The position numbers and the translations under genes are program-made. Shown here one piece after another: positions 10,006 to 18,293 of a stretch of 64,000 bases of DNA. The notes beneath the pieces were generated by a model that did no database searches, had not been told where the DNA came from, and saw only the letters and a list, made by a program, of their open reading frames with translations. Position 1 is the stretch's first letter; each line of letters begins with the position of its first letter. Origin of the DNA: an uncultured bacterium (GTDB lineage: Bacteria; Chloroflexota; UBA5177; JANWHV01); NCBI GenBank assembly GCA_963827235.1, contig CAWHAE010000012.1, positions 128,001 through 192,000 of the forward strand, written 5' to 3'.

Positions 10006-10359
10006 CTATCCTGCCGTGCGCGGGTTGTCGGGTGAAGGAACTCCAACCGATCGAAACACTTCGCGGGCGCCAACGGTCTCGTTCTCGTCGTACGGTCGGC
10101 CGGCTAGGACGACGAAGGTGGCACTGACGGGCACTATTCCCTCCGCGATTGCATAGTGCGCGAGCTGAGCGTAGTTCGTAGCGCCGGTCTTTCTGAATAA
10201 CCTCTCGCGGCAACTCGCTATCAGCTTCTCGGAAACATTCACCTCGGCGGCAATCTCAAGCTCAGACCTGCCCGCGGCAATCATGCGCAATACGCCGATC
10301 TCCCCACGTGTGAGGAGGGAATCGCATACGAGCATCCATCGTTCGTTGCACCGGTCCAT
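10006..10359 (-). CDS. Stand-alone LuxR/GerE-type HTH protein
   Basis: LTRGEIGVLRMIAAGRSELEIAAEVNVSEKLI...LFRKTGATNYAQLAHYAIAEGIV; CAGGAAC before ATG; no receiver domain. Confidence 0.75.
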   Translation of the reverse strand: MDRCNERWMLVCDSLLTRGEIGVLRMIAAGRSELEIAAEVNVSEKLIASCRERLFRKTGATNYAQLAHYAIAEGIVPVSATFVVLAGRPYDENETVGAREVFRSVGVPSPDNPRTAG

Positions 10360-10450
10360 GTTCCTGCATCACCGATCTCACTGGTCCTCGGTGACCCGAC
10401 ACTTCCCAGGCGTTAGTTGTCGGGCCTGTCTGCCAAGCCTACCAGCTGCC

Positions 10451-10491
10451 TCTTAACGGCGGATTAAGAGCACATCAAAGTTCCGTTAAGG
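10451..10491 (-). promoter_or_regulatory. Four-unit 11-bp-period (C/G)TTAA direct-repeat array, Pho-box-like
   Basis: TTAA/TTAA/TCAA/TTAA at 10453, 10464, 10475, 10486; minus strand reads CTTAACGGAAC TTTGATGTGCT CTTAATCCGCC GTTAAGA. Confidence 0.55.
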
Positions 10492-10745
10492 GGAAACGAC
10501 CACACGGTCGTCTCTGCGTCGGCTGGGCAAAGGCAGCGACTGGGGCCACCTGCAAGCCTGAACCCGGCTCGGCTGCCCGTCGAAGCACGGCGCTGGTGGT
10601 GGCGTCTCCAGTCTGCACTATATACAGTAGGCGCTGCAGCATGTGCGGTTGGTTCCCGGCACCGAGCCTGAGACTGGAAAAGCTGTCAACGCACAATGTT
10701 CACACACCGACAGCCGCGTGGCCGGCGCCATTCACGCGGCCCGTA

Positions 10746-12935
10746 CTAGCCGACATGCACGGCCTGCAGCGTGCGATAGGAGGTGGCGCGCACACTCTCC
10801 GGGAGCGGCACGTAGTTCTGCCCGCTCGCATAGCTCTGCCCGGCTGTGATCAGCCACTTGAAAAGGTCGATCAGCGCCTGACCTTTCACGACCTGCGCGT
10901 GGTGGGCGCGGACGAGGGCCCAGGAGTAGCCTGCAATCGGGTAGGCACCTGTTCCCTGGGCGTTGACGATGGAGAAGTGCATGGCCGTCACGCCCGGATG
11001 CTGATTCGCGGCCGCCAGGATACTGGCGGCGGACGGCGTGACGAACCGATGCGCCGCATTCTCCACCGCGGCCACAGGCAGCTTCGTGTCCTCGGCGAAC
11101 TTGAGCTCGGTGTAGCCAATGCCGCCGTTGACTGCAAGCACCTCGTTCGCCACCGCTGGATTCCCGGTTTCGCCGATCCCTACCGGCCAGTGCACCACCT
11201 TGCCGGCCCCGGCGTTCAAGGCAAAGTCGCTGCTGACGGCTGAGAGGTAGTCCGAGAAGATGTACGTCGTGCCGCTGCTGTCCGACCGGTGCACGGGCGC
11301 GATCGCAAGCGAGGGAAGGCTCACGCCGGGGTTGAGCGCGGCGATGGCCGGGTCGTTCCAACGCGTGATCTTCCCCAGAAAGATCGCGGCGAGGGTCGGC
11401 CCGTCAAAGCGCAGCACGGACTTCGTGGAGAAGTCGAGGTTGTAGGTGACGGCGACGCCGCCAAGCAAGATGGGCAGTTGCATGACGCCACTGCCGTTGC
11501 TGTTGGCCACGGCCTGCTCGGTGCTGTTCATGGGCACGTCGGTCATGCCGAAGTCGGTCTGATTATTCGTGAACTGCGTGATGCCGCCGCCCGAGCCGAC
11601 AGGGTCATAGGTGACGGCAACCGGGTTCGCCTGCGCGTATGCGGCCAGCGTGGTGGCGAGAAACGGCTGAGCGAATGTGGAGCCCGAGCCGATTAGCCGC
11701 ACGGACGCGGCTGTGGATCCGGCGTTGACGACGCCCACCGGTGTCACGACGATGGTCCGCGTCGCCGGGTGGGTGGTCCTGGCGCCGAACTCTACGGCGG
11801 ACACTCCCACCGCCAGTACCACGATGAGCGCGACAAGCGCAGCGACGATTTTGCCTCGAGTCGAGGAGAGCACGGTGCGCGGCTGCAAGATGCCGTCGAT
11901 CGCGGCCTTCATATCGGCCGCGCGCTGCCAGCGCTTCGCCGTGTCGTTCTGCAGGGCCTTGCCGACGATCTGCTCCGTTGCCTCGGAGACGGCCGGGTTG
12001 ATCGTGCGGACCGGCGGATACACAAACAGCGGCTCGACGCCCTGCGGATTCCGGCCGGTCAAGAGGTGGTGCATCGTGGCGCCCAGCGCGTAGACATCCG
12101 ACTGCGGCGTCTCGTGCCCGGTGAATTGCTCCCTCGGTGCGTAGCCGGGTGTGCCCATCGCCGTCGATGCTGCTCCCGTGCCTCCCTGCGTGCTTCCTAC
12201 CCGGAAGCGGTGAGATGCCACCCCGAAGTCGACGACCTGAACGCGGCCGGCGCTGTCGACCAGTATATTGGCGGGCTTGATGTCGCGGTGGATGACCTGC
12301 GGGTCGCGCGTCTCCAGGTAGTCGAGGACGGACAGGGCCTGACTGGCCCATTGCAGGACGTTGCGCTCGGGCAGCCGCTTGTCGGGCGCGGCGTCCGCCT
12401 TCTTCTGCAGGTCTTCACCGTCCACATAGTCCTGCACGATGAAGTAGCGGCCGGATTCGGTGGGAAAGTCGGTAATCTGTGGGACATTGGGATGTCGCAG
12501 GGCGGAGAGCGTCTTTCGCTCGCCGATGAACGCGTCCTCCGCTTCCTTGCGTTCATCATCGTTCGCGAAGTTGCGCAGCATCTCCTTGATCACGACCGGC
12601 TTGTCGTCGAGCCGCATATCGTGCGCGAGGAAGATGCTGCCCATGCCACCCTTACCCAGAGCCTTGTCGATCACATACCGGCCTGCCGAGAGGGTGACAC
12701 CAGGAGCGAGGGGCGTGGTGCCGATCTCGCGCGCCGACGGCGCGGCCGTCGTGGCGGGTACGGGCGGCGACGCGGAGGTAGTCTGCTCACCGCCGGTTTG
12801 GCGCGTCCGGGGAGGGTTCAGCTTGGAGCTGGTAGCTGGGTTCAGTCGCTGCGTGAGACTGATGCCGCAGGCGTCGCAATATCTGCTACCCGCCGGATTG
12901 GCAGCGCCACACTGCGGGCACATCACATCAGACAC
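10746..12935 (-). CDS. Zn-ribbon Hanks-type Ser/Thr kinase with one TM helix and a C-terminal PstS phosphate-binding domain
   Basis: CPQC...CDAC; LGKGGMG, VVIKE, HRDIKPAN, DFG, GTPGYAPRE; TM IVAALVALIVVLAVGV; PstS motifs GSGSTF, GSGGG, TDVP, WNDP, RSDSSGTT, YPI. Confidence 0.93.
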   Translation of the reverse strand: MSDVMCPQCGAANPAGSRYCDACGISLTQRLNPATSSKLNPPRTRQTGGEQTTSASPPVPATTAAPSAREIGTTPLAPGVTLSAGRYVIDKALGKGGMGSIFLAHDMRLDDKPVVIKEMLRNFANDDERKEAEDAFIGERKTLSALRHPNVPQITDFPTESGRYFIVQDYVDGEDLQKKADAAPDKRLPERNVLQWASQALSVLDYLETRDPQVIHRDIKPANILVDSAGRVQVVDFGVASHRFRVGSTQGGTGAASTAMGTPGYAPREQFTGHETPQSDVYALGATMHHLLTGRNPQGVEPLFVYPPVRTINPAVSEATEQIVGKALQNDTAKRWQRAADMKAAIDGILQPRTVLSSTRGKIVAALVALIVVLAVGVSAVEFGARTTHPATRTIVVTPVGVVNAGSTAASVRLIGSGSTFAQPFLATTLAAYAQANPVAVTYDPVGSGGGITQFTNNQTDFGMTDVPMNSTEQAVANSNGSGVMQLPILLGGVAVTYNLDFSTKSVLRFDGPTLAAIFLGKITRWNDPAIAALNPGVSLPSLAIAPVHRSDSSGTTYIFSDYLSAVSSDFALNAGAGKVVHWPVGIGETGNPAVANEVLAVNGGIGYTELKFAEDTKLPVAAVENAAHRFVTPSAASILAAANQHPGVTAMHFSIVNAQGTGAYPIAGYSWALVRAHHAQVVKGQALIDLFKWLITAGQSYASGQNYVPLPESVRATSYRTLQAVHVG

Positions 12936-13120
12936 GGCGCCGCACGTCCTCTCGACGGCTCACCCGCGTCGCGACGTACCGCGTGACCGCATGGTTCTCT
13001 CGATACTTCGTCAAATCGGCTGTACCTTGTTGCGACGTCGTCTGTTCTCGGCGCTCCCCACTACACTGATTATCTGGCCTGCCATTGCATGCCTGCGCGT
13101 GCAGGGCAGTCCCACGGTGA

Positions 13121-13142
13121 AGATTTAACGGAGATTTAACAG
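13121..13142 (-). promoter_or_regulatory. 11-bp direct repeat AGATTTAACGG/AGATTTAACAG, Pho-box-like, upstream of the kinase-PstS gene
   Basis: Two units with 10/11 identity about 190 bp before the start codon. Confidence 0.55.
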
Positions 13143-13525
13143 GCGACCCGGGAAGTCCCACTCCCTCAAAGCCCCCCGCCCGGCCGGCCGAGATGGTGGT
13201 GAGAAGGGCTTGGTAGGCTGGAGGGCCACAGCGCCACATCAAGGTCGCCGGTTCTTGGTGCCAACAGCCCGCTCTTTAAGCTGACCGAGGGGTGGCTTCG
13301 GCAACGATGAGTGTGACCAGGCCGGCTGGGCGAACAGCGCGACGTGAGTACAGGAGTGAAACGTGTCCGCCGTCGAGCTTGCCTTCTGCACCACGCAGGC
13401 TACCGAGGGACCGATCTGCTAGACACCGTGACCACCGCGGACGAGCCCGCGAGCGGCGACGCGAGGTAGCGCAGTTGTCGCGCTGATCGACAGCGATCGG
13501 TCGCCGGAATCCGGCAGTGTGCCGT

Positions 13526-16054
13526 CTACCGCACGGCGTAGAGGCGCACCAGGAAGCGCTTGAACGTGAGATGACTGAAAGCGATCGCGTCGGCTTCGAG
13601 CTCGCCGATCAGAATCGCCTTCTCTGCCTGCATCGCCCGGTGCCGCGCCAGGCGGTCGTCGAGCTCCTGCTGCTGCTGCGTGAAGCGCGCCTGCAGGGCC
13701 GTGCAGTGCCCGTCGAGCCTGTTCACGTCGTGCTCGTCGAGCAGCGCGGCGAGCCGCCGGTTCGCGGAGGCGTTGTCTTCCTGGCGCTCCTGCTGCAGGC
13801 GCTGCATCTCGATGGCGAATTGCGCCTTGATGCCGTCCATCTCCGCGACCCTGCGCTGCATCGCTGCCACGCGCTCACCTTCCAGTCGGGATCGCTTGTC
13901 CGCGACCTCGGCGCGAACCGCGGCTACCTCGGGCATGGAGAGCGCCGCCGGGGCCTGGGCGGTCGCGGCATTGAGCGTCACGCGCTTCCATTGCATCAGC
14001 GCCTGCAGATACTTGTCGCCGATGCCCGGGACTGCTTCGAGCCGGTTATAGGTCAGGTCGCGCGCCGTGCGCATGCCCAGAGAGGCCAGACGCCGGCAGA
14101 TGATGCCCGGCACGCCGGGCACATCCGCCTGCGCGAGGTCGTTCTTGAGCACGAAGTCCTGTTTGGACTGGTATTGCAGCACGAGCAAGCGCTTCTGCAA
14201 TTGCTCGGGCTCGCACTCCTCGATGCGGGCGATTTGCGCGTTCAGCCACTCCAGGTTGACGTCGACCTGGCTGATCTCGCGCTCGGCCATCTCTCTCACC
14301 TTCTCGAGACTCTCGTCGATACCCTGCAGCTGCTCGGCCAGGTTCCTGTTGATCTCCTCCATCGCCGGTGGCAACTTCTGCAGGTACTCCGTCCGCATTG
14401 CGGCCAGCCCGCCCAGCTCCGCCGCGCTCTCGGCAACGAGGGAGGTAAGCGCGGTCTCGGTGGCCGCAATCTCGCCGGTGAGCAGCCGTAGCGCGCGCTG
14501 TTCCTGCGCCAGCCGTTGCCGTGTCTCCCGTCCCCTGGTCAGCGCGTCGTCCGCAAGATAGGCATGGAGAGCTACGGCCACGTTCACCAGGACGGCGAGC
14601 GGCAGCAGAGCCAGCCACCTGACCGGTGCGCTGATCGCCGGGACGGGCAGCACGAAAGCCAGCACGCTGGCCACCAGCACGCTGAGCAGGGCCAGCAGCT
14701 GGAACGGCGCGAACCGGGCCCCGAAGCGGGCCGAGCGCTTCGGCAGGGCCGGCGCGCTCACGAGCGGCGCCGCTTCCGCGCCCACACCCGGCGTCGACCC
14801 GGTTGCATCGGAGCGGGCCGCGGCCCGCTCCGGCTGCGTCATGACAGACACGGCCTGGCCCCCGGTGGTTTGCAGCCAGGAGCTGCCGAGCAGTGGCGGC
14901 GACGGCTCCTCGCGGCCCGGCACGACCGGTGTGACCGCGTCCTCCGATTCCGCGGCGGCTTCGGCGGTGCGCGGAATGACGGCCGGTCCCGTATCCGCCA
15001 GGTAAGCAGCGCTTTCCAGCCAGGAGCTGTCGCCCACCTGTGCCGGCGTTCGCTCCTCCACCGGCGGCACCTCGTCCGGTTTGGGCGCGGCCGGCTGGGC
15101 TGCCGGCTGAGCGGCCGGGGCCCTCACCTCGACGTGATCCTTGAGCCAATCCGAACCGATCGGCTTGCCGTGTTTCTCGGCGAGCGACGGCAGCTCCAGC
15201 GGTGGCCGCGCGAGCAGCCCGATAACCTCGCGCGCCAGGTCCGCCGTCTCGCCGGAGCCGTGATCGAGGAGCAGGCGCATCGTGTCCGAGGCGTCCGGCT
15301 GCTTCAGGTCGTCGCTGCGCAGGAGGAGACTCTCCTCCCCGGCTCGCACCGCCGTCCACAGCCGCGGATCTTCGCTGAAGGCGACCAGCGAGAGATAGAT
15401 TACCCAGGTCGAGAAACGGTCGAGGCGCCCGTCGAAGTGCGCGTTGGTCCGTGCCGGGTGCTGATAGTTGGGATCGCCCAGCTCGTTGCTGGCGGCGAAG
15501 CGGCCCTTGAAGGGCGGCACGTACATGCCGTCGTAGTCGATTAGCTTGAAATCCTCGCCCACGACCAGCACGTTGCCGTGCTGCAGGTCGCCATGGGCGA
15601 CGCCGACGCCTTCCAGGTCGCCGACCAGGCGGATCCATCGTGCCGCCAGGAGCTTGAGCAGGTGAGGATTCGCGCGATGCTCCTTGACGAACTTGTCCAG
15701 CGAATCGCCGTCCACCCACTCCATCTTGAGAATGGGAAACGGCTTTCCCTGCACGCGGATCCCATTCTCCTGGTATTCGAAGCCCACGGTGTAGCGGAGG
15801 TGAGCGTGCTCCAGGTAGGTGCTGATGCCCGCGTAGCGGTCCTTCTGGTCCTGCGTGTTGCGTGTGAAGCACTTGACCGCCCAGTACTGCGATCCGCACT
15901 TGACCCGGTAGACGCTGGCGAAATTGCCCGAGACGGCCTGCGGCAGCCCGAGCCGGTTCAGGGTAGGCTGGCCCTCGGCTAGCTCCGCGTCCAGGAGATT
16001 GCTCCGCGGGTGCTGTATCGCCTCGTTGTAGTCTTGTGGCTCTGGCCAGCGCAT
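13526..16054 (-). CDS. Membrane Ser/Thr kinase-like protein with TM hairpin, coiled coil and HhH motifs (TerY-P/YegI-like kinase)
   Basis: SGNFASVY, WAVK, HGDLQHGN, IDYDG; Pro/Ala linker; two hydrophobic helices; VPGVPG and VPGIGDKYLQALMQWK HhH repeats. Confidence 0.85.
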   Translation of the reverse strand: MRWPEPQDYNEAIQHPRSNLLDAELAEGQPTLNRLGLPQAVSGNFASVYRVKCGSQYWAVKCFTRNTQDQKDRYAGISTYLEHAHLRYTVGFEYQENGIRVQGKPFPILKMEWVDGDSLDKFVKEHRANPHLLKLLAARWIRLVGDLEGVGVAHGDLQHGNVLVVGEDFKLIDYDGMYVPPFKGRFAASNELGDPNYQHPARTNAHFDGRLDRFSTWVIYLSLVAFSEDPRLWTAVRAGEESLLLRSDDLKQPDASDTMRLLLDHGSGETADLAREVIGLLARPPLELPSLAEKHGKPIGSDWLKDHVEVRAPAAQPAAQPAAPKPDEVPPVEERTPAQVGDSSWLESAAYLADTGPAVIPRTAEAAAESEDAVTPVVPGREEPSPPLLGSSWLQTTGGQAVSVMTQPERAAARSDATGSTPGVGAEAAPLVSAPALPKRSARFGARFAPFQLLALLSVLVASVLAFVLPVPAISAPVRWLALLPLAVLVNVAVALHAYLADDALTRGRETRQRLAQEQRALRLLTGEIAATETALTSLVAESAAELGGLAAMRTEYLQKLPPAMEEINRNLAEQLQGIDESLEKVREMAEREISQVDVNLEWLNAQIARIEECEPEQLQKRLLVLQYQSKQDFVLKNDLAQADVPGVPGIICRRLASLGMRTARDLTYNRLEAVPGIGDKYLQALMQWKRVTLNAATAQAPAALSMPEVAAVRAEVADKRSRLEGERVAAMQRRVAEMDGIKAQFAIEMQRLQQERQEDNASANRRLAALLDEHDVNRLDGHCTALQARFTQQQQELDDRLARHRAMQAEKAILIGELEADAIAFSHLTFKRFLVRLYAVR

Positions 16055-16226
16055 TTCAGGGACGCTCTCTCAACTGGCTTCCCTCGCAGGATCCAGCCGG
16101 CTGTTTCCGGTCACCGCGGATCGCCGGCCCGCCGGCTGGTGTTCAGCCCGCGGAGCACTGCCGCGCGACCGTCCCGCGTGGCGGCAAGCCCGGCGCATGC
16201 GGCAAACACGGCGGCGTGCCACTGCC

Positions 16227-16967
16227 TTACAGCCTTGCCCGGATGCGCAGCAGTGTGACGTCGTCGTTCTTCAGGTTTCCTGTCGAGCGCAGCTCCTGCA
16301 CAAGCTGTGCGAAAGACTGCCCGCCGGTGCCGTCGAGGTGCAGGTCGAGCAATGCTTCCCACGGGCGCGTCTTTGCTTCCGTGGCGCGCAGGAACCAGCA
16401 GCCCAGGGCGTCGGTCATCAGGAAGAAGGTGTCGCGCTCCTTCCACCGGCCCGAGCTGCGCACCAGGGCGCTGTCCCCGCCGTTACTCGAGAGAAGCGCC
16501 GGCCGGCTGGTGAAGTCGGAGGATCGCTTGAGCGGAAACGCGTTGAGCAACCGGCCGGCACGCAGCTGGAAGAGGCAGCTGTCTCCCGCTGCTACGGCAA
16601 ACCACTTCAGCAGGGCGCCGTCCCTGAACAGTCTCAGTCCGAGAAGCGTTGAAAAGGCGCCGAGTCGTGCTTTCTCCTCCGCGTACCAGGGCAGCGGCCT
16701 ACCGCCGACCTGCGTTCTCCACTCTTGTCTCAGCGGCTCCAGGTCCTTGTCCTCGAGCCGGTCGTCGATCTTGCCTTCGCCATAGGCGTTGACCAGCATC
16801 TCTGCCCAGAGTCCGGCATAGGAGGTCTCAGTGGCGCCGTCCGCAATGGCGAAGCGATAGGCACGGTGCTTTGCGGACGCCGGGTCCGGCTTATAGAAGG
16901 CGTCTTCGTAGTCGGCATCCGAGTTGCCCGCTTTTGGCAGGCAGAAGGCCTGTTGCTCTACGTGCAC
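16227..16967 (-). CDS. PP2C-like protein phosphatase (YegK/TerY-P type)
   Basis: YEDAF, AIADGA, AGDSCL, LMTDA and NDDVT metal-binding motifs. Confidence 0.88.
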   Translation of the reverse strand: MHVEQQAFCLPKAGNSDADYEDAFYKPDPASAKHRAYRFAIADGATETSYAGLWAEMLVNAYGEGKIDDRLEDKDLEPLRQEWRTQVGGRPLPWYAEEKARLGAFSTLLGLRLFRDGALLKWFAVAAGDSCLFQLRAGRLLNAFPLKRSSDFTSRPALLSSNGGDSALVRSSGRWKERDTFFLMTDALGCWFLRATEAKTRPWEALLDLHLDGTGGQSFAQLVQELRSTGNLKNDDVTLLRIRARL

Positions 16968-17021
16968 GAGATATGGCTCACGATCTGAATCATCCTCCAG
17001 CCGCTGGTACGTGCTCTGGGC

Positions 17022-17888
17022 TTAACGCAGATTGCTCGGTCTGGTACCGATGTCGAGGAAGCGGATCACGGAAACCATGTCGGCGTTGAAGACGAAGCCG
17101 CGGGCCTCGGCGGCCACCACGTATTCTTCCTGCCGGGCAACATCCAGCATGTATTCCGGCAGCGGGCTGGAGATGCGATACAGCAGGTGTGCGTACTGAT
17201 CCGGCAGGGTCTGCTCGTCGCTGGGAAACTCGATCGGAGTGGCTCGATTGGTCGAGATGTGTGCGTTGAACAGCAGGGCATTGCCGTCGCCAGTAGCGAG
17301 ATCCTTCAGGGCCTGCGCGGAGGCAGTGGGATCGCCGTCGGTCGACTCGCCGTCCGTGATGTTGATCACTATAGGCGGGAAGCTGGACTGGTGCTCGGTC
17401 ACCCAGGGTTCCAGCAGAGCTGTCGCCTGCTGGAACGCGCGGCGCATCGGCGTGCCGCCGCTGGCCACGGGCTCAAACCAGATGGGGAACTTGACCGTCT
17501 GCTCCATGATGCCGCCGGCGCCGTCGTCCATCTTCTTCGTGCGCTCTTCGATGCGCACGGGCGCGTTCGCCACGTCGCCGATCGGCACCAGATCGCTGCC
17601 GGAAAGCGGCCCGCCGAAAGCCGGACCCACCTGGGCGCCGTAGCCGATCACGCCGACCGAGTAGTAGTCGCGCACGCCGTCGGACTTGGCGCACTTGATG
17701 ACTAGGTTCTGCAACAGGCGGTTGATCGCGTCGGCCACTCCCTGGGCCTTGGTCCGCCGGTTCGCGAAGGGCACGCGCGGCGCGTCCGGCTGGCCGGCAT
17801 CCAGTGATTCGGCCATGGAGCCCGACTGATCGATGAGAAACAGGAAGCACGATGGATTGAGACGGTTGATCTCGGCGGTGTACGTCAC
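17022..17888 (-). CDS. von Willebrand factor A domain protein (TerY/YegL-like)
   Basis: Intact MIDAS: DQSGS, GTPM, ITDGES; GGAGGA RBS before GTG. Confidence 0.9.
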   Translation of the reverse strand: MTYTAEINRLNPSCFLFLIDQSGSMAESLDAGQPDAPRVPFANRRTKAQGVADAINRLLQNLVIKCAKSDGVRDYYSVGVIGYGAQVGPAFGGPLSGSDLVPIGDVANAPVRIEERTKKMDDGAGGIMEQTVKFPIWFEPVASGGTPMRRAFQQATALLEPWVTEHQSSFPPIVINITDGESTDGDPTASAQALKDLATGDGNALLFNAHISTNRATPIEFPSDEQTLPDQYAHLLYRISSPLPEYMLDVARQEEYVVAAEARGFVFNADMVSVIRFLDIGTRPSNLR

Positions 17889-17995
17889 AGGGTCCTCCGG
17901 TTCCGCTGGTCGCCCTGGGCGGCGGATGTGCAGTAGTGGCCGTGCGCCGTGCGCAATGGCAGCGCCGTCGTCGGGCGAGCGAACTGTCCCTGACT

Positions 17996-18024
17996 AGAAT
18001 GGGGCCATTCTCCGCGCGCGTCAA
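17996..18024 (-). promoter_or_regulatory. Sigma70-type promoter for the vWA-PP2C-kinase operon
   Basis: TTGACG-N17-CATTCT on the minus strand. Confidence 0.65.
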
Positions 18025-18054
18025 TCGCCTTCGCGGGGGTATATTGCCGCGCAA

Positions 18055-18093
18055 TGTCATAGAAGTGTTCTGCCCGTGTCATACAGTTGTCAC
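18055..18093 (+). promoter_or_regulatory. Four-unit 11-bp-period TGTCA direct-repeat array (PhoB/OmpR-family site)
   Basis: TGTCAT, TGTTCT, TGTCAT, TGTCAC at 18055, 18066, 18077, 18088. Confidence 0.6.
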
Positions 18094-18293
18094 TCGTCGA
18101 TCACTTGAGCGTCATGGCGTTCCCATAGCCTGGAAGATGAACCACGTGACGGCGCTTACCAATAGCGGGCAAGCGTCCTTGTCCGCACGGCAGACATCTC
18201 ACACGGCGCGACGCCTCACTGTCGCCTCGCAGCCTGCCGTGCCGGCCGGCAAGACGAGCTCTCGCACCACTTTGAACGGCAGGTAAAACGAGC

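Noticed and set aside
13255-13335. attC-like start (GCCAAC...AAGCTGAC)
   Set aside because: No complementary right half ending in GTTRRRY, and no integrase or cassette array
13436-13470. Possible guanidine-II (mini-ykkC) ACG-loop hairpins
   Set aside because: Stems are imperfect, the second hairpin is missing and there is no suitable downstream gene on that strand
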